DNA of 64,000 bases from an uncultured delta proteobacterium (GCA_963798485.1 CAWCTR010000007.1:578043-642042), one strand, 5' to 3'. Shown: positions 39,183-49,547, counted from the first letter of the stretch. A program made the numbers and translations. Notes: a model not told the origin generated them from the sequence alone.

Positions 39183-39978
39183 ACAACTTAAATATCTCAG
39201 AGAAAAACACCTTCATATGCTCCCATGAACGTTTATCAGCCTTCTCGTTGTATGCAATGCCGCGAGAAGGCTCCGAGCCTGAGTCGGGGTTGGTGAAGCT
39301 GTGGACAGCCCCTCCGTAGCTGACCATCTGCCAGTCTACCTTTGCCTTGCGCATCTCATCCTGAAATGCGTTTACCTGCATAACAGGAACATTCGGATCA
39401 TCAGCGCCGTGGAGTACGAGCACCTTGGCCTTGATATTCCTGGCATCATCAGGGTTAGGGGTGTCGAGTCCCCCGTGGAAGCTTACTACGCCTGCAATAT
39501 CAGCACCGCTCCTGGCAAGCTCAAGTACTGTCGTACCTCCAAAACAATAACCGATTGCAGCAATCTTTCTCTTATCGGTAAGGCCATGATCCCTTAAAAC
39601 CTGTAACCCCGCATTAACGCGTTCGCGCAGAAGCTTGCGGTCGCCGCCTCTGAACTTTCCTGCACGTGCTCCAGCCTCGGCAGGATCTTTTGTGGAAAAA
39701 CCATTCCCGTAGATGTCCGCAGCAAAAGCAATGTAACCTAAAGACGCCACCTGTACTGTCCGCCTTTTGATATAATCGTTGAGTCCCCACCATTCATGGA
39801 CAAGGAGAACCGCCGGCCTCCTGCCCTTCAATGAATCATCATATGCCAGGTAGCCTACGAGTCGGACGTCGCCGTGTTTGTATGTGATCGCTTCCGTTCG
39901 TATGGCAGCAGAAGATGCAGAAGCCAGCGCTACTATTGATATGGCGCAACAAAAACCGGTTATCGACATACCCCTCAT
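39181..39978 (-). CDS. Dienelactone hydrolase family protein (secreted)
   Basis: Signal peptide; HEWWGLN, GYCFGG, SFHG, HSFT. Confidence 0.92.
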   Translation of the reverse strand: MRGMSITGFCCAISIVALASASSAAIRTEAITYKHGDVRLVGYLAYDDSLKGRRPAVLLVHEWWGLNDYIKRRTVQVASLGYIAFAADIYGNGFSTKDPAEAGARAGKFRGGDRKLLRERVNAGLQVLRDHGLTDKRKIAAIGYCFGGTTVLELARSGADIAGVVSFHGGLDTPNPDDARNIKAKVLVLHGADDPNVPVMQVNAFQDEMRKAKVDWQMVSYGGAVHSFTNPDSGSEPSRGIAYNEKADKRSWEHMKVFFSEIFKL

Positions 39979-40022
39979 GGAAGACCTTCTTTGAAAAACG
40001 CGTCCAAATCCTGCTGAGATTG

Positions 40023-40229
40023 TTAACGTTCTTTCTGATCCTGAGCAGTTATCCGCTTTTTACAGGTATCACAGAAGTATCGCCCATCTTCATTTTCAAC
40101 CTCACCTCTCGTTATGAGGGAATCCAGGGTCACCTCTCTGAAGAGATCATCCGGTACACACTCCAGACAGTAATGCTCTCCGTTCTTGCCATGGATTCCT
40201 ATGATGTCTTTATCCATCGCCTTTGCCAT
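40023..40229 (-). CDS. Small CxxC...CxxC (zinc-binding) hypothetical protein
   Basis: GGAGG RBS; CLEC and CDTC motifs. Confidence 0.6.
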   Translation of the reverse strand: MAKAMDKDIIGIHGKNGEHYCLECVPDDLFREVTLDSLITRGEVENEDGRYFCDTCKKRITAQDQKER

Positions 40230-40601
40230 GTCCTTGAATCCTCCAATGATGCGTCATCTGCACCCCCTTGACTGATCTGTTTAACTCCATTTCAAAAAAA
40301 GAAGTACAATAGAACCTGAAATAGTAAGAGCCCCTTTTCAATGATCCGTGTATGCTTCTTATAAAATCATGATGAAGTCCGCATTTTTAATAATCAAAAA
40401 AAATTACAAGACAAGGATCATGAGGTAATTATTTTTCAATGAATTAATATCATTATTTAATTTGTTACATGTTCTCAAATGAAGTCTCATGCCGTAGAGC
40501 CTTGGCATGCCTATGATGGCACGATTACTGATTATCCCTTAGATGTCATTATATCTCTCATCGGGGGTTGACTGCGGATTTCTTATTGTTAACTACCCTT
40601 T

Positions 40602-40730
40602 ATGAACCTCACAGGAAGAGTAGCAATTGTCACCGGAGCCGGCAGGGGTCTTGGAAAGGCCATATCGCTTGCATTCGAACTCTCAGGTGCAAATGTGGCC
40701 TTGTTCAGCCTTCTGAAGGATGAGCTAGAT
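40602..40730 (+). pseudogene. SDR oxidoreductase 5' fragment
   Basis: AIVTGAGRGLG Rossmann motif, similarity lost after ~43 aa. Confidence 0.75.
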
Positions 40731-40753
40731 GTTAGGACTGAATGCCAGTCAAA

Positions 40754-41904
40754 TTATAGCGAGTTAGAGAAATCCGCATATACTATCTCAATGGGAATTG
40801 CAAACCCTATCCCTTCGGCATGGGTTAGAACCATGGTATTAACGCCCAAGACATTCCCATGATTGTCGATAAGGGGGCCACCACTGTTGCCAGGATTGAT
40901 CGCCGCATCAGTCTGTAAATATTTTTCGTCATTGTTGGCCATCTTTCTGTATCCGGAAAAGATCCCGGAAGTCACGGTATTGCTCAACCCCATTGGGCTC
41001 CCGATGGTATAAACAACTTGGCCCTGTTCAAGGTGTTGCTCTTCTGCACTCCGTTTCAAAATCTGGCCAGAAATCGAATAGACTTTCAAAAGGGCCAGAT
41101 CGTGGGTATCGCTGGGTATAATGTTATCAACCAAATACTCCTTGTTGTCCTCCATGACTATTCTGATATTCTGAAACGCCCTCTCTTCCTCTATCTTTGC
41201 AATCCTTTCTTCGTCATTCCGCTGTCCAGAAAAGTATCTATTTAATTCCTTCTCCCGGCTCTGGATGATAAGCTCCAGCTGACTCCTGCCAGGCCCATCT
41301 GGCATTTGCATCATCCTTCTCTTCCAATCGTTGATTTTTTCAACTTCAAGATCGATTATCTTCCGATTTTGCTCTACTCTGCTTTTATATGCCTGTAAAT
41401 TAGCTTCATTGAACACGACAACATGCTTATTGGTGATAACGTCATGCTCACCAATAAAAAATCCCGACCCAATGCTACCCCATGGGGTGTGAACCGTTAC
41501 CGTCGCGTTCAGCGCTCTCTGAATGAATTCTTTATCTATCGACTTCTTATCTAAGGTCTCGGATTTTATGACCGACACTGATTGTGCCGATTGTGCCTCA
41601 ACCTTCTGGTTTTTTTGGCAATCACGGGGTTATCAACCCTAACTCGGTCCATCGGAAAATGTGATCGCCCCCCAAAAAAATATATTGCAACCACAAAGGT
41701 TGAGACGAGAACCAGACTGACCAATATTACAACACGACGACTCCCTGATCTGGTCGCCTTTACCATCTCCTGTTCAGTCGCGGCTTTCTTCCGAGCCTCG
41801 GCTTGAAAATATTTTTCAAAAACAATCCCGCAATTTTCACACTCAACTTCGTTGATGTTTTTACTTAAGCATTTAGGGCATTGATCCAATACCTTCTCTG
41901 TCAT
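40754..41904 (-). pseudogene. Trypsin-like (S1C, PDZ-less) serine protease with N-terminal Zn-ribbon + TM anchor, split at an A7 tract
   Basis: Triad ITNKH, DLALL, GNSGGP in 40754-41578; CPKC..CENC and TM in 41566-41904; one extra A in the tract at 41610-41616 fuses the two ORFs. Confidence 0.8.
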
Positions 41905-42094
41905 TACCTTGTTTCTCCTCCTGTGATTTCATGAAAAAACCACCCAGTTTTGGCGATGCTAAGCACTCTACAGGTAAGAAGAAAATAATAAAGAATGATC
42001 AAAAATTTTTTAGATTTTTTCATGGAATTCATTTTAATGATTATCGGCATAATACCAGTGAAGCTGTAACAAAAGACCAAGCAGGAGGTTGCTG

Positions 42095-42979
42095 CTACCT
42101 TCTGCGCTTAACAATGGCGATCTGCGCGGAGACATAGCCCCAGATAATGCCAGTGGCCAGCCCGATACCATGCACGATATTGGCGACACTTCCGAGCAGG
42201 CCGGTCAGGCACAGAAAAAACCAGATGATCATCATGGTTACTGTCTGGGGATGTACGTACAGGTTGGAAGAAGGATCATTCTTCCCTCGTATCCAGATAT
42301 ACCCGAGCAGGCCATACACAACACCGGACATGCCTCCGAACATGGGGCCGCTTATAAAGAACTGACCTATATTGGAGATGGCGGCGATTACCAGTACGAG
42401 TGCTGTAAGTATCCAGGGACTCTGACGTTGCTCGATCATGCTGCCTAAATCCCTGAGCCAGAGCATATTGAAGAAGATATGAAAAAACCCGAAATGGATG
42501 AAGACCGGAGTAATCAGACGCCAGACCTGGCCACGACTGATCTCAATCAATCCCCCACCCATGGATTCGGAGATCATCAGATAGCGGGCCAAGTTGTAAT
42601 CGGCCCCAAGTCTGGTGAAAACCGCCACCACGACACAGATCCCGATCAGCGTCATCGTCAGGACACCCATGTGATCATACTTGGGAAAGATCTGCTGCCC
42701 GTTGAACATCCGTTTTCTAAAGGCCTTCAGGTCCTCATGCTCCTGCTGTCTTTTCTGGTGGGCTCGTGAAACGGCGGCGCGAAATTTCGGTGCTTCAGGG
42801 TCGCTGAGGAATTCGCTGAGCATCGCCTTGGCCTGATCGAGCTGGTCTTCGGCATGCACCCAGATATGCCAGAGTGGTTGTTGATCTGTCTGGATGTCAT
42901 TGGCAATCCCCATTGCATAGAGGTAATCACTGAAGATCCGTGCCTGGGTTCCATCTGCGATGGTTCCAATTTCTCTCAT
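42095..42979 (-). CDS. glpG: Rhomboid intramembrane serine protease (GlpG-like)
   Basis: WRLITP, HIFFNMLW, GMSGVVY, NIVHGIG; GlpG-type N-terminal domain. Confidence 0.85.
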   Translation of the reverse strand: MREIGTIADGTQARIFSDYLYAMGIANDIQTDQQPLWHIWVHAEDQLDQAKAMLSEFLSDPEAPKFRAAVSRAHQKRQQEHEDLKAFRKRMFNGQQIFPKYDHMGVLTMTLIGICVVVAVFTRLGADYNLARYLMISESMGGGLIEISRGQVWRLITPVFIHFGFFHIFFNMLWLRDLGSMIEQRQSPWILTALVLVIAAISNIGQFFISGPMFGGMSGVVYGLLGYIWIRGKNDPSSNLYVHPQTVTMMIIWFFLCLTGLLGSVANIVHGIGLATGIIWGYVSAQIAIVKRRR

Positions 42980-43384
42980 AATGACACACTACAATCAGAT
43001 TATATGGATACCCAGCGAGCATCACGCTGTCAATGCCATAGACAAGGATTCGCTGGGAAATGGGCTATATCCTTGATTGATCTGTTAATTAATTTTGTAA
43101 GTTATGTCATAGATATGAATATAAAAGATCATGAAAGCATGTCTTAGATATGATCTCCTGATGAGAGTCATAATTTTCCAGTGCCGAACTCAGAGTATAA
43201 CGATATCTTCACTTTCGTAAAACTTGTAGAACCGATAATTATATTGCATAATCATCACGTTAGCCAATATGAATAGTTTGGACATGATCTACGGTTTTTT
43301 AGGTTTTTTTGAACCAATCATTTATCGAAGAAATTAAAGCTTTTGTCTGAGTGAAAAGTACTTATAGATATTATTGCTATCTCG

Positions 43385-43400
43385 AACTGGTTAACCAGTT
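43385..43400. promoter_or_regulatory. Perfect 16-bp palindrome, GntR/FadR-like operator
   Basis: AACTGGTTAACCAGTT in divergent intergenic region. Confidence 0.55.
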
Positions 43401-43556
43401 TTGAATATCAAAGGGTATAATCACTAACCGGTCCCCGAATTTCCTTAAAAAATCCTGCTCACTCCTTGATTTCTTAACATATCGTTTTAGATAATTTAGT
43501 TGCATATGAATGAGGTGGTGGTTTTTTCAGTGCCTTCTGTAAAGGAGGTTCATATT

Positions 43557-44291
43557 ATGATCAGTCGTATTCTCATAATAATCCTTGTCAACATCCCTAT
43601 TACTGTCAGTTCTTTTGCTGGTCCCCCTTTTCGAACCGATGATCCTGAACCTGTGGAATATGAACATTTGGAGGCGTATGTCGCTTCACAGGGCAGTTTC
43701 GATAGGGATGGGGCTTCTATCACAACTCCTCATTTCGAGATCAACTATGGTATTCTTCCCAATGTGCAAGTCCACTTGATTACACCATTTGAGTATGTGA
43801 AACCGAAAGGGCAACCATCACATCTTGGCTATAGCGACACCGAGTTCGGGATCAAATATCGCTTCCTTCAGGAAACTGACTCACGTCCCCAGGTGGGAAC
43901 TTTTCCAATTCTCTTACTCCCGACCGGCGACAAGGACAGGGAATTAGGAAGCGGTCATGTTCAATTTTTCCTTCCTCTGTGGCTTCAAAAGATCTGGGGG
44001 CCTTGGAAAACATACGGGGGTGGAGGTTATTGGATTAATCCCGGAACCGGCAACAAGGATTATTGGTTTTTTGGATGGGAAGCGGAACATGAAATGTCAA
44101 AGAACCTGAGTCTTGGTGCTGAGATCTTTTACCAGACTGCCAGTGAAGCAGGCGGTGACAATGACCTTGGCTTCAATCTAGGGGCAATTTTTAATTTCAG
44201 TGAGTTGCATCATTTGTTACTTTCTGCAGGCAGGGATCTCTCCGGTCCCAACAATGCCTCATTTTACGCAGGTTATCAATTGACCTTCTGA
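43557..44291 (+). CDS. Secreted/outer-membrane beta-barrel-like protein
   Basis: Signal peptide then GPPFRTDDPEPV; alternating beta pattern; C-terminal aromatic (YQLTF). Confidence 0.65.
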   Translation: MISRILIIILVNIPITVSSFAGPPFRTDDPEPVEYEHLEAYVASQGSFDRDGASITTPHFEINYGILPNVQVHLITPFEYVKPKGQPSHLGYSDTEFGIKYRFLQETDSRPQVGTFPILLLPTGDKDRELGSGHVQFFLPLWLQKIWGPWKTYGGGGYWINPGTGNKDYWFFGWEAEHEMSKNLSLGAEIFYQTASEAGGDNDLGFNLGAIFNFSELHHLLLSAGRDLSGPNNASFYAGYQLTF

Positions 44292-44313
44292 CCATAGCCA
44301 AAAGATACATAGG

Positions 44314-45471
44314 ATGATGAACCCACCATTGTCGAAGAAATTGACCGAAGTAGCAGTATTTTTTCTTAAGCTGGGCACCATTGCCTTTGGCGGACCGGCA
44401 GCCCATATCGCCATGATGTATGATGAAACGGTGAAAAGACGCAAATGGCTGAGTGACCAGGAATTCCTCGATTTAGTCGGGGCTACGAATCTGATCCCCG
44501 GTCCGAACTCCACCGAGATGGCGATTCATATTGGGTATCTGCGGGCAGGGTGGCCGGGGCTGATCACTGGCGGCATATGTTTCATTCTACCTGCAATGAT
44601 CATCGTGATGTTGCTGGCCTGGGTATATGTGCGATTCGGGTCTACGCCTCAAGCAGGGTTGTTATTGTATGGCGTCAAGCCAGTAGTCATTTCAATTATC
44701 GTGCTGGCAATATGGGATCTGGGGCGGAAGGCTGTCAAAAGCCGGTTTATTGCCATTGTCGGGCTGGCCGTGCTCATTTTGTATTTCATGGGTATCAATG
44801 AGATTGCACTGCTCTTCACAGGAGGATTAGCAGTTATGCTAGGTACCAACCTGAGGCGGTTGAGAAAGCTGACGCTAGGGGGCTTTGTCATGCCTTCATT
44901 GACCGGTCTGAACATGCTTGCACCATCGGCTCTGGCTGTCACGCCTTTCGGCCTTCCGCTGTTATTTATCACTTTTTTGAAGATTGGGGCAGTCCTCTAT
45001 GGCAGTGGTTACGTCCTGCTCGCCTTCCTCCGGGCCGATCTCGTTGTGCGTTTCGGCTGGCTCACCGACCATCAGTTGATTGACGCTGTTGCCATGGGCC
45101 AGGTGACACCGGGTCCCGTATTCACAACAGCCACATTCATTGGTTTTATTCTGGCTGGTATTCCTGGTGCACTTCTGGCGACCCTCGGCATTTTCCTCCC
45201 GTCCTTCATTTTTGTTGCCATATCCAATCCCCTGGTTCCTCGGATACGCAACTCGGCATGGTTCAGCGGTCTGCTCGATGGTGTAAATGTGGCCTCACTC
45301 GGCTTAATGGCTGCTGTTACCTGGCAATTAGGTAAGGCATCACTAACCGATACCTTTACTGTCCTCATCGGCCTCATCTCTTGCGGAATGCAGGTCCTTT
45401 TCAAAGTGAATTCGACATGGTTGATCCTGAGTGGGGCGATGATAGGTCTCTTGAGTTCTTTGTACCGATGA
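44314..45471 (+). CDS. chrA: Chromate efflux transporter (bi-domain CHR)
   Basis: FLKLGTIAFGGPAAHIA, IPGPNSTE, LYGSGY, GQVTPGP. Confidence 0.93.
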   Translation: MMNPPLSKKLTEVAVFFLKLGTIAFGGPAAHIAMMYDETVKRRKWLSDQEFLDLVGATNLIPGPNSTEMAIHIGYLRAGWPGLITGGICFILPAMIIVMLLAWVYVRFGSTPQAGLLLYGVKPVVISIIVLAIWDLGRKAVKSRFIAIVGLAVLILYFMGINEIALLFTGGLAVMLGTNLRRLRKLTLGGFVMPSLTGLNMLAPSALAVTPFGLPLLFITFLKIGAVLYGSGYVLLAFLRADLVVRFGWLTDHQLIDAVAMGQVTPGPVFTTATFIGFILAGIPGALLATLGIFLPSFIFVAISNPLVPRIRNSAWFSGLLDGVNVASLGLMAAVTWQLGKASLTDTFTVLIGLISCGMQVLFKVNSTWLILSGAMIGLLSSLYR

Positions 45472-45797
45472 AGAAACTGAAGGCATCAAGGCCCGGGAAT
45501 ATCTCGATAAGGTTAAAATTCATGTTCGAAGGCATGGACCTGCAATGGGATCTGGATCAGTTGGAGAAACTTAGGATTCATATTGTGACCTGGTTAGATT
45601 GGTTTATGGTTTATTATGTAGGTGAAAGTGAAGATAATATGCCATTTGTTATGATTTCTACGATAGGGATTACTTGCACATCAATATAAACTATAATATA
45701 CTACCACAGTACCATTTTAGTGGTAATTATTTGCCGCTTTAAGATTTAAACTGCAACTTAAAATAATATAACGCAATGATTATAATGATAATAAAAA

Positions 45798-45813
45798 TGG
45801 CTCACTTATTGCT
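45798..45813 (+). promoter_or_regulatory. Sigma-54 (-24/-12) promoter
   Basis: TGGCTCACTTATTGCT vs consensus TGGCAC-N5-TTGCW; upstream IR TACCAC...GTGGTA (45702-45725). Confidence 0.65.
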
Positions 45814-45921
45814 TGAGCTAATACCGAATAATATAATTAATATTTTTTTCATAGTTTTAAGGGAGTTTCCCCGGGGAAAATATCTTGAACAACTCAAAAA
45901 TCACAAGGGAGGCATCAATCT

Positions 45922-47232
45922 ATGAAAAGAGTATTGACTGTTCTAGCTATTCTTCTCCTGCCCCTTTCAGTATGGGCAATGACCCCGGTTGCAGATAATG
46001 ATCTATCTAATGTAACCGGTCAGGCTGGCGTGAACATCAACGCCAATGTATCAATGAACGTCTACATCGGAACCATGGCCTGGGGCGACTCAGATGGTAT
46101 CACCAGTATTTTCAACCCATGGACCGTACCTGCTGGCTCAAGCGGTGGTTATATCGGAATCAACAACTTCAACCTCACCAACCTGACAATAGAAGCTCGT
46201 ATGGAGACTAGTGACACCTACGGCGGCTATAACACCATGATGCTGAAGCCGATCACCATCGACGTGGCGACCGTCAATGCCCCGTTGTCAGTAACCACCA
46301 CTCCTTCTTGGGGTGTGTCTGGTGTAACTGAGAGTTTGGCCTCTGGCACGACATTTGTCCGTATTGGCCTTGGCGCTCTTGAGATTTCAGTGGCATCGAT
46401 GAATTTTGATATCAATCTGTACAAACGCAACGCAGATGTAGCAACAAATGATATCAATATAGCTTCTGCCCAGAACCTCGGCGATGTCGAATTGGGTGGT
46501 TTCTCCATGTACGTCAACCCCTGGAGCTATGTTGACATTTACTCTCCTGCTTCGGCTGGGGGAGGCAACACCTCGGGCGTACAGTTTGCTGTGAATGTAA
46601 CCATTGACAAACTCGACCTGACCTATTTGGGATGGAGTGACGAAGATGGTATAACCAACGGCGTAGGCGGCCCATCAGGACAGGGGGTTACAAAGTTTAC
46701 TGGCACCGACTGGATGAATGATAAGGCACCTGGTTATATCGGTCTCACCCAGTTGAATATTGGGTCGATCGCCATCAACGGGACAGTTGGCATTGATATT
46801 AACACCTCCGCAAAGGGTATCTATGCACAGCTCCCGGCGATTATATCCTTCTTGGATGGGAATACGGTTCTGAGTGTTCCTGCAGGATACTATAAGAGTG
46901 AAACAGTTGTACAGGCAGTGCTCGGAGAGTTAGGCTTTGCGCAATTCAGTACTGCTGGCACAATACCGAATGGCACGGGCCTGGACACCATACAGGGTGC
47001 TCTCGGTGCTTACGGTATGCCTTCTACAGTTAATCCTGTCACCGTGGTCCACATCTCCTTCCCGACCGAGTTCATGGTTGATGTCGGCGGACCTGTCACA
47101 GCAGCAGTTCAGCTGTCTAATGCTTCTAACTTTGCAGCCGGTCCTTCAACGACAACCCTTGGTGACATCTATCTGTCACACTTCGGGTTTGATATCCATG
47201 CTGGCAGCTGGGTAGACATCTGGGCCCACTAA
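45922..47232 (+). CDS. DUF6160-family (FilA-like) secreted protein
   Basis: Signal peptide then MTPVADNDLSNVTGQAGV; WGDSDG; Gly/Thr/Asn-rich beta sequence. Confidence 0.75.
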   Translation: MKRVLTVLAILLLPLSVWAMTPVADNDLSNVTGQAGVNINANVSMNVYIGTMAWGDSDGITSIFNPWTVPAGSSGGYIGINNFNLTNLTIEARMETSDTYGGYNTMMLKPITIDVATVNAPLSVTTTPSWGVSGVTESLASGTTFVRIGLGALEISVASMNFDINLYKRNADVATNDINIASAQNLGDVELGGFSMYVNPWSYVDIYSPASAGGGNTSGVQFAVNVTIDKLDLTYLGWSDEDGITNGVGGPSGQGVTKFTGTDWMNDKAPGYIGLTQLNIGSIAINGTVGIDINTSAKGIYAQLPAIISFLDGNTVLSVPAGYYKSETVVQAVLGELGFAQFSTAGTIPNGTGLDTIQGALGAYGMPSTVNPVTVVHISFPTEFMVDVGGPVTAAVQLSNASNFAAGPSTTTLGDIYLSHFGFDIHAGSWVDIWAH

Positions 47233-47250
47233 TTTAGTCAGTATTCAGAA

Positions 47251-47282
47251 AGGAGACCCGGGGTTTCCCTGGTCTCCTTTCT
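47251..47282 (+). terminator. Intrinsic terminator
   Basis: AGGAGACC...GGTCTCCT followed by T-rich tract. Confidence 0.7.
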
Positions 47283-47343
47283 TTATATATAAATATCTTT
47301 AAGGATATGAAGCATCAGTTAGACTGAATATAACTGCGATAAA

Positions 47344-48018
47344 GTGCGCCACGAAGGCGCGAAGAGGTAGTCTTTAAAGGCTACATTTGAGCAGCCATGC
47401 TGCATGGAAGATGAGGGGAGGCCCCTCGGGATCGGGTTACAGGATCAGATCCCAAACCGCCTGACGCTGCGTGGGGATAAGATCCCAGGTGGTGAGCGGT
47501 CCAGGAAAAGTCGAGGCAAGACCTCGGCAGGTGAGGACCAGGAAGGCGAACGAGAGTGAACCACTGATGAGCTGTCGAAAAGTTAAAGACGTCATCGAAA
47601 CCGGGCTCCTTTATCGGGTCCGGGACAGAGTCTGGGGGAAACCTGTTTACTGCCCAGATGGTGGCCGGCAGAAAGGTGGCGCGAGCCTGGTTTGGGCTTT
47701 CATGCGGAACGTGGGAACCTGGCGCTCTGATGCTAAGGGACAAGTCGAAGTGGAGGACCCATGAAGACGAGAGTACCGATGCAGAGCGCAGGGGCGGATC
47801 AGTCCGTAGTAGTGATGAAGTCCGGTAATGCGGATGGAGCGAAGGGGCTGAGCTGTCCGACCTTGTTCGTGAGTCAACCAGCAATGGGAGGAGCTTATGG
47901 ATAAGGTAAAGTCGTTATGTTCTTTACAGACGACTGGACGGCAGGAGCCGGATGAGGTGAGAGTCTCACGTCCGGTTCTGTGAGGGCCTGGGGGTGAGAT
48001 TCCCCCGGGCTACTCGAC
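47344..48018 (+). mobile_element. ORF-less group II intron (bacterial class D-like), 675 nt
   Basis: 5' GTGCG; DV GAGCCGGATGAGGTGAGAGTCTCACGTCCGGTTC; DVI ending CTACTCGAC; only the SD and first codons (MDKVKS) of an IEP remain. Confidence 0.88.
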
Positions 48019-48312
48019 TCGGTGGTTTCAAACGGACAAGGAAGAGTAGATGTTTTGTTTAGAAATCTCCGGTATGGGCAAAGTGTAACTCTTGAGTAGA
48101 TAGCTGTACTTTTAAGGCCCCATGCTTTGAGTAGCGATAGTGGCATGGTATGTATAAAAAATCATATTGAGTGATGATTTCATACCATAACCCCTCCTAT
48201 GGGCATGGCATCTGCCAGTACAGGGTTTTCATAATATGAAACATGCAAGCACACGACCTCCACCCTATTTGACTTTCAGAAGGATGAAGGCCGCGTCTTG
48301 AAACGATTTTTC

Positions 48313-48987
48313 TTAATGTAATGTTGTGGTAACAACCGATTTGACGTTCTTATATTTGTCTTTCTTTACCATCTCCCGCATGCCGGCGATGGTTTGGATA
48401 CTCAGGTTCTTAGTGAGGAGGTTTACGAGAAAAGACGGGAGGTTACCACCCGGATCCGCCAGGGCTATATAAGTGACCTCGGTCTTGTCGGGTCCTTTGG
48501 GCACCAGGATATAATCCGCAATCAAAATAGGCATCCTGACCTTTTTCTTATCCATTTTATAATCTGACTTGATGCCTTCTGCATGAAGATAGACTGTCCC
48601 GGTTGCCTTGTCGATGGACCAGTCGGCCTTGCCAACAACATCCCGATCGCTCACCGGATACGTCATGGAGGTGACATTATAGAAATACTTGGTATCTTTG
48701 GTGTTTTTGAGCTCCGGAGTACTGACCTCTGAGGCCTCCTTGCACTTGTACATGTATTCAGTTCCCGCCGGCGTGTCGCGGAGGAGCGCCTCGACGACGG
48801 CCACAGGTGCTTCAATAATACCGACTCCCTTCATCTCATCGATACTACTCTTGGGTGATGGCCTGGTGTAACCCACGATGCCATTTGACTCTCCGATCTT
48901 TTTCCAGCCGGTGTCGGCGGCCCATATACCGGAAAAACACACACCGACGATGAACATAACGACCATATTGACCTTGAAAAATTTCAT
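48313..48987 (-). CDS. Secreted START-domain (lipid-binding) protein
   Basis: Signal peptide; YPVSDRD, DPGGNLPSFLVN. Confidence 0.85.
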   Translation of the reverse strand: MKFFKVNMVVMFIVGVCFSGIWAADTGWKKIGESNGIVGYTRPSPKSSIDEMKGVGIIEAPVAVVEALLRDTPAGTEYMYKCKEASEVSTPELKNTKDTKYFYNVTSMTYPVSDRDVVGKADWSIDKATGTVYLHAEGIKSDYKMDKKKVRMPILIADYILVPKGPDKTEVTYIALADPGGNLPSFLVNLLTKNLSIQTIAGMREMVKKDKYKNVKSVVTTTLH

Positions 48988-49514
48988 TTGTTACCTCCTA
49001 TAGAGAATTGATTTGCCTTATCAGCGAGATTCAATTTGCTCGTTTTATAATCTCCTTATTCCATTATTATATAGTTCTTTAAAAATATCCAGAAGAGTAA
49101 CAGCAGGGTCAACAATATTTCCACTCTTTGATTTGGGTCTCTGTCATCAGGAGTAGTGCCTCCTGTATCATCCAATATCCATTTGCTTAAGGTCAGTATA
49201 GACTATCCCTTCGCCGTCGGCTTGGTACATAACCAGCGTGAGCAAAGAGAAAGAGTTAATTCTGGATAAAACCGTAGATCTTTGTGCCGAGGCCAATGGT
49301 TATTCCAGAGTATAGATTCCTTTTGATAATCATCGAAAAAGAGGGGCATGGAAAACCATAGATAACATGCCACATGTCACACTCTGACCTGGCTGATTTC
49401 ATCATAGATTATATTTCGATTTTTAAAAAATCAGTACGCCTTAAATAATGAGTACTCCATAAAACCAAGTCAGAAGCTAATTTACAACGAAAGTACCCCA
49501 TAAATTTCACCCAT

Positions 49515-49547
49515 AAAAAATAGAGAGGGTCTGTAAACCCTCTCTAT
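49515..49547 (-). terminator. Terminator of tRNA operon
   Basis: ATAGAGAGGGT...ACCCTCTCTAT stem with minus-strand T tract. Confidence 0.75.

Noticed and set aside
40516-40531. Sigma-54-like TGGCACGATTACTGAT (and TGGCACGATGCTTATA near 51065)
   Set aside because: The invariant GC at -12 is missing
40728-40740. GTTAGGA at the SDR truncation point as an integron secondary site
   Set aside because: No matching attC found around the adjacent protease gene; a 7-mer match is expected by chance
43100-43556. Riboswitch (e.g. fluoride) upstream of the chrA operon
   Set aside because: Could not find the conserved motif by eye; an Rfam scan would be needed
45381-45689. 102-aa ORF after chrA
   Set aside because: Overlaps chrA, no RBS or recognisable motif; may be a remnant
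47381-48146. ORFs 47381-47884, 47471-47764, 47647-47877, 47895-48146
   Set aside because: They overlap the group II intron RNA. Rejoining the exons gave no convincing host gene on the intron strand
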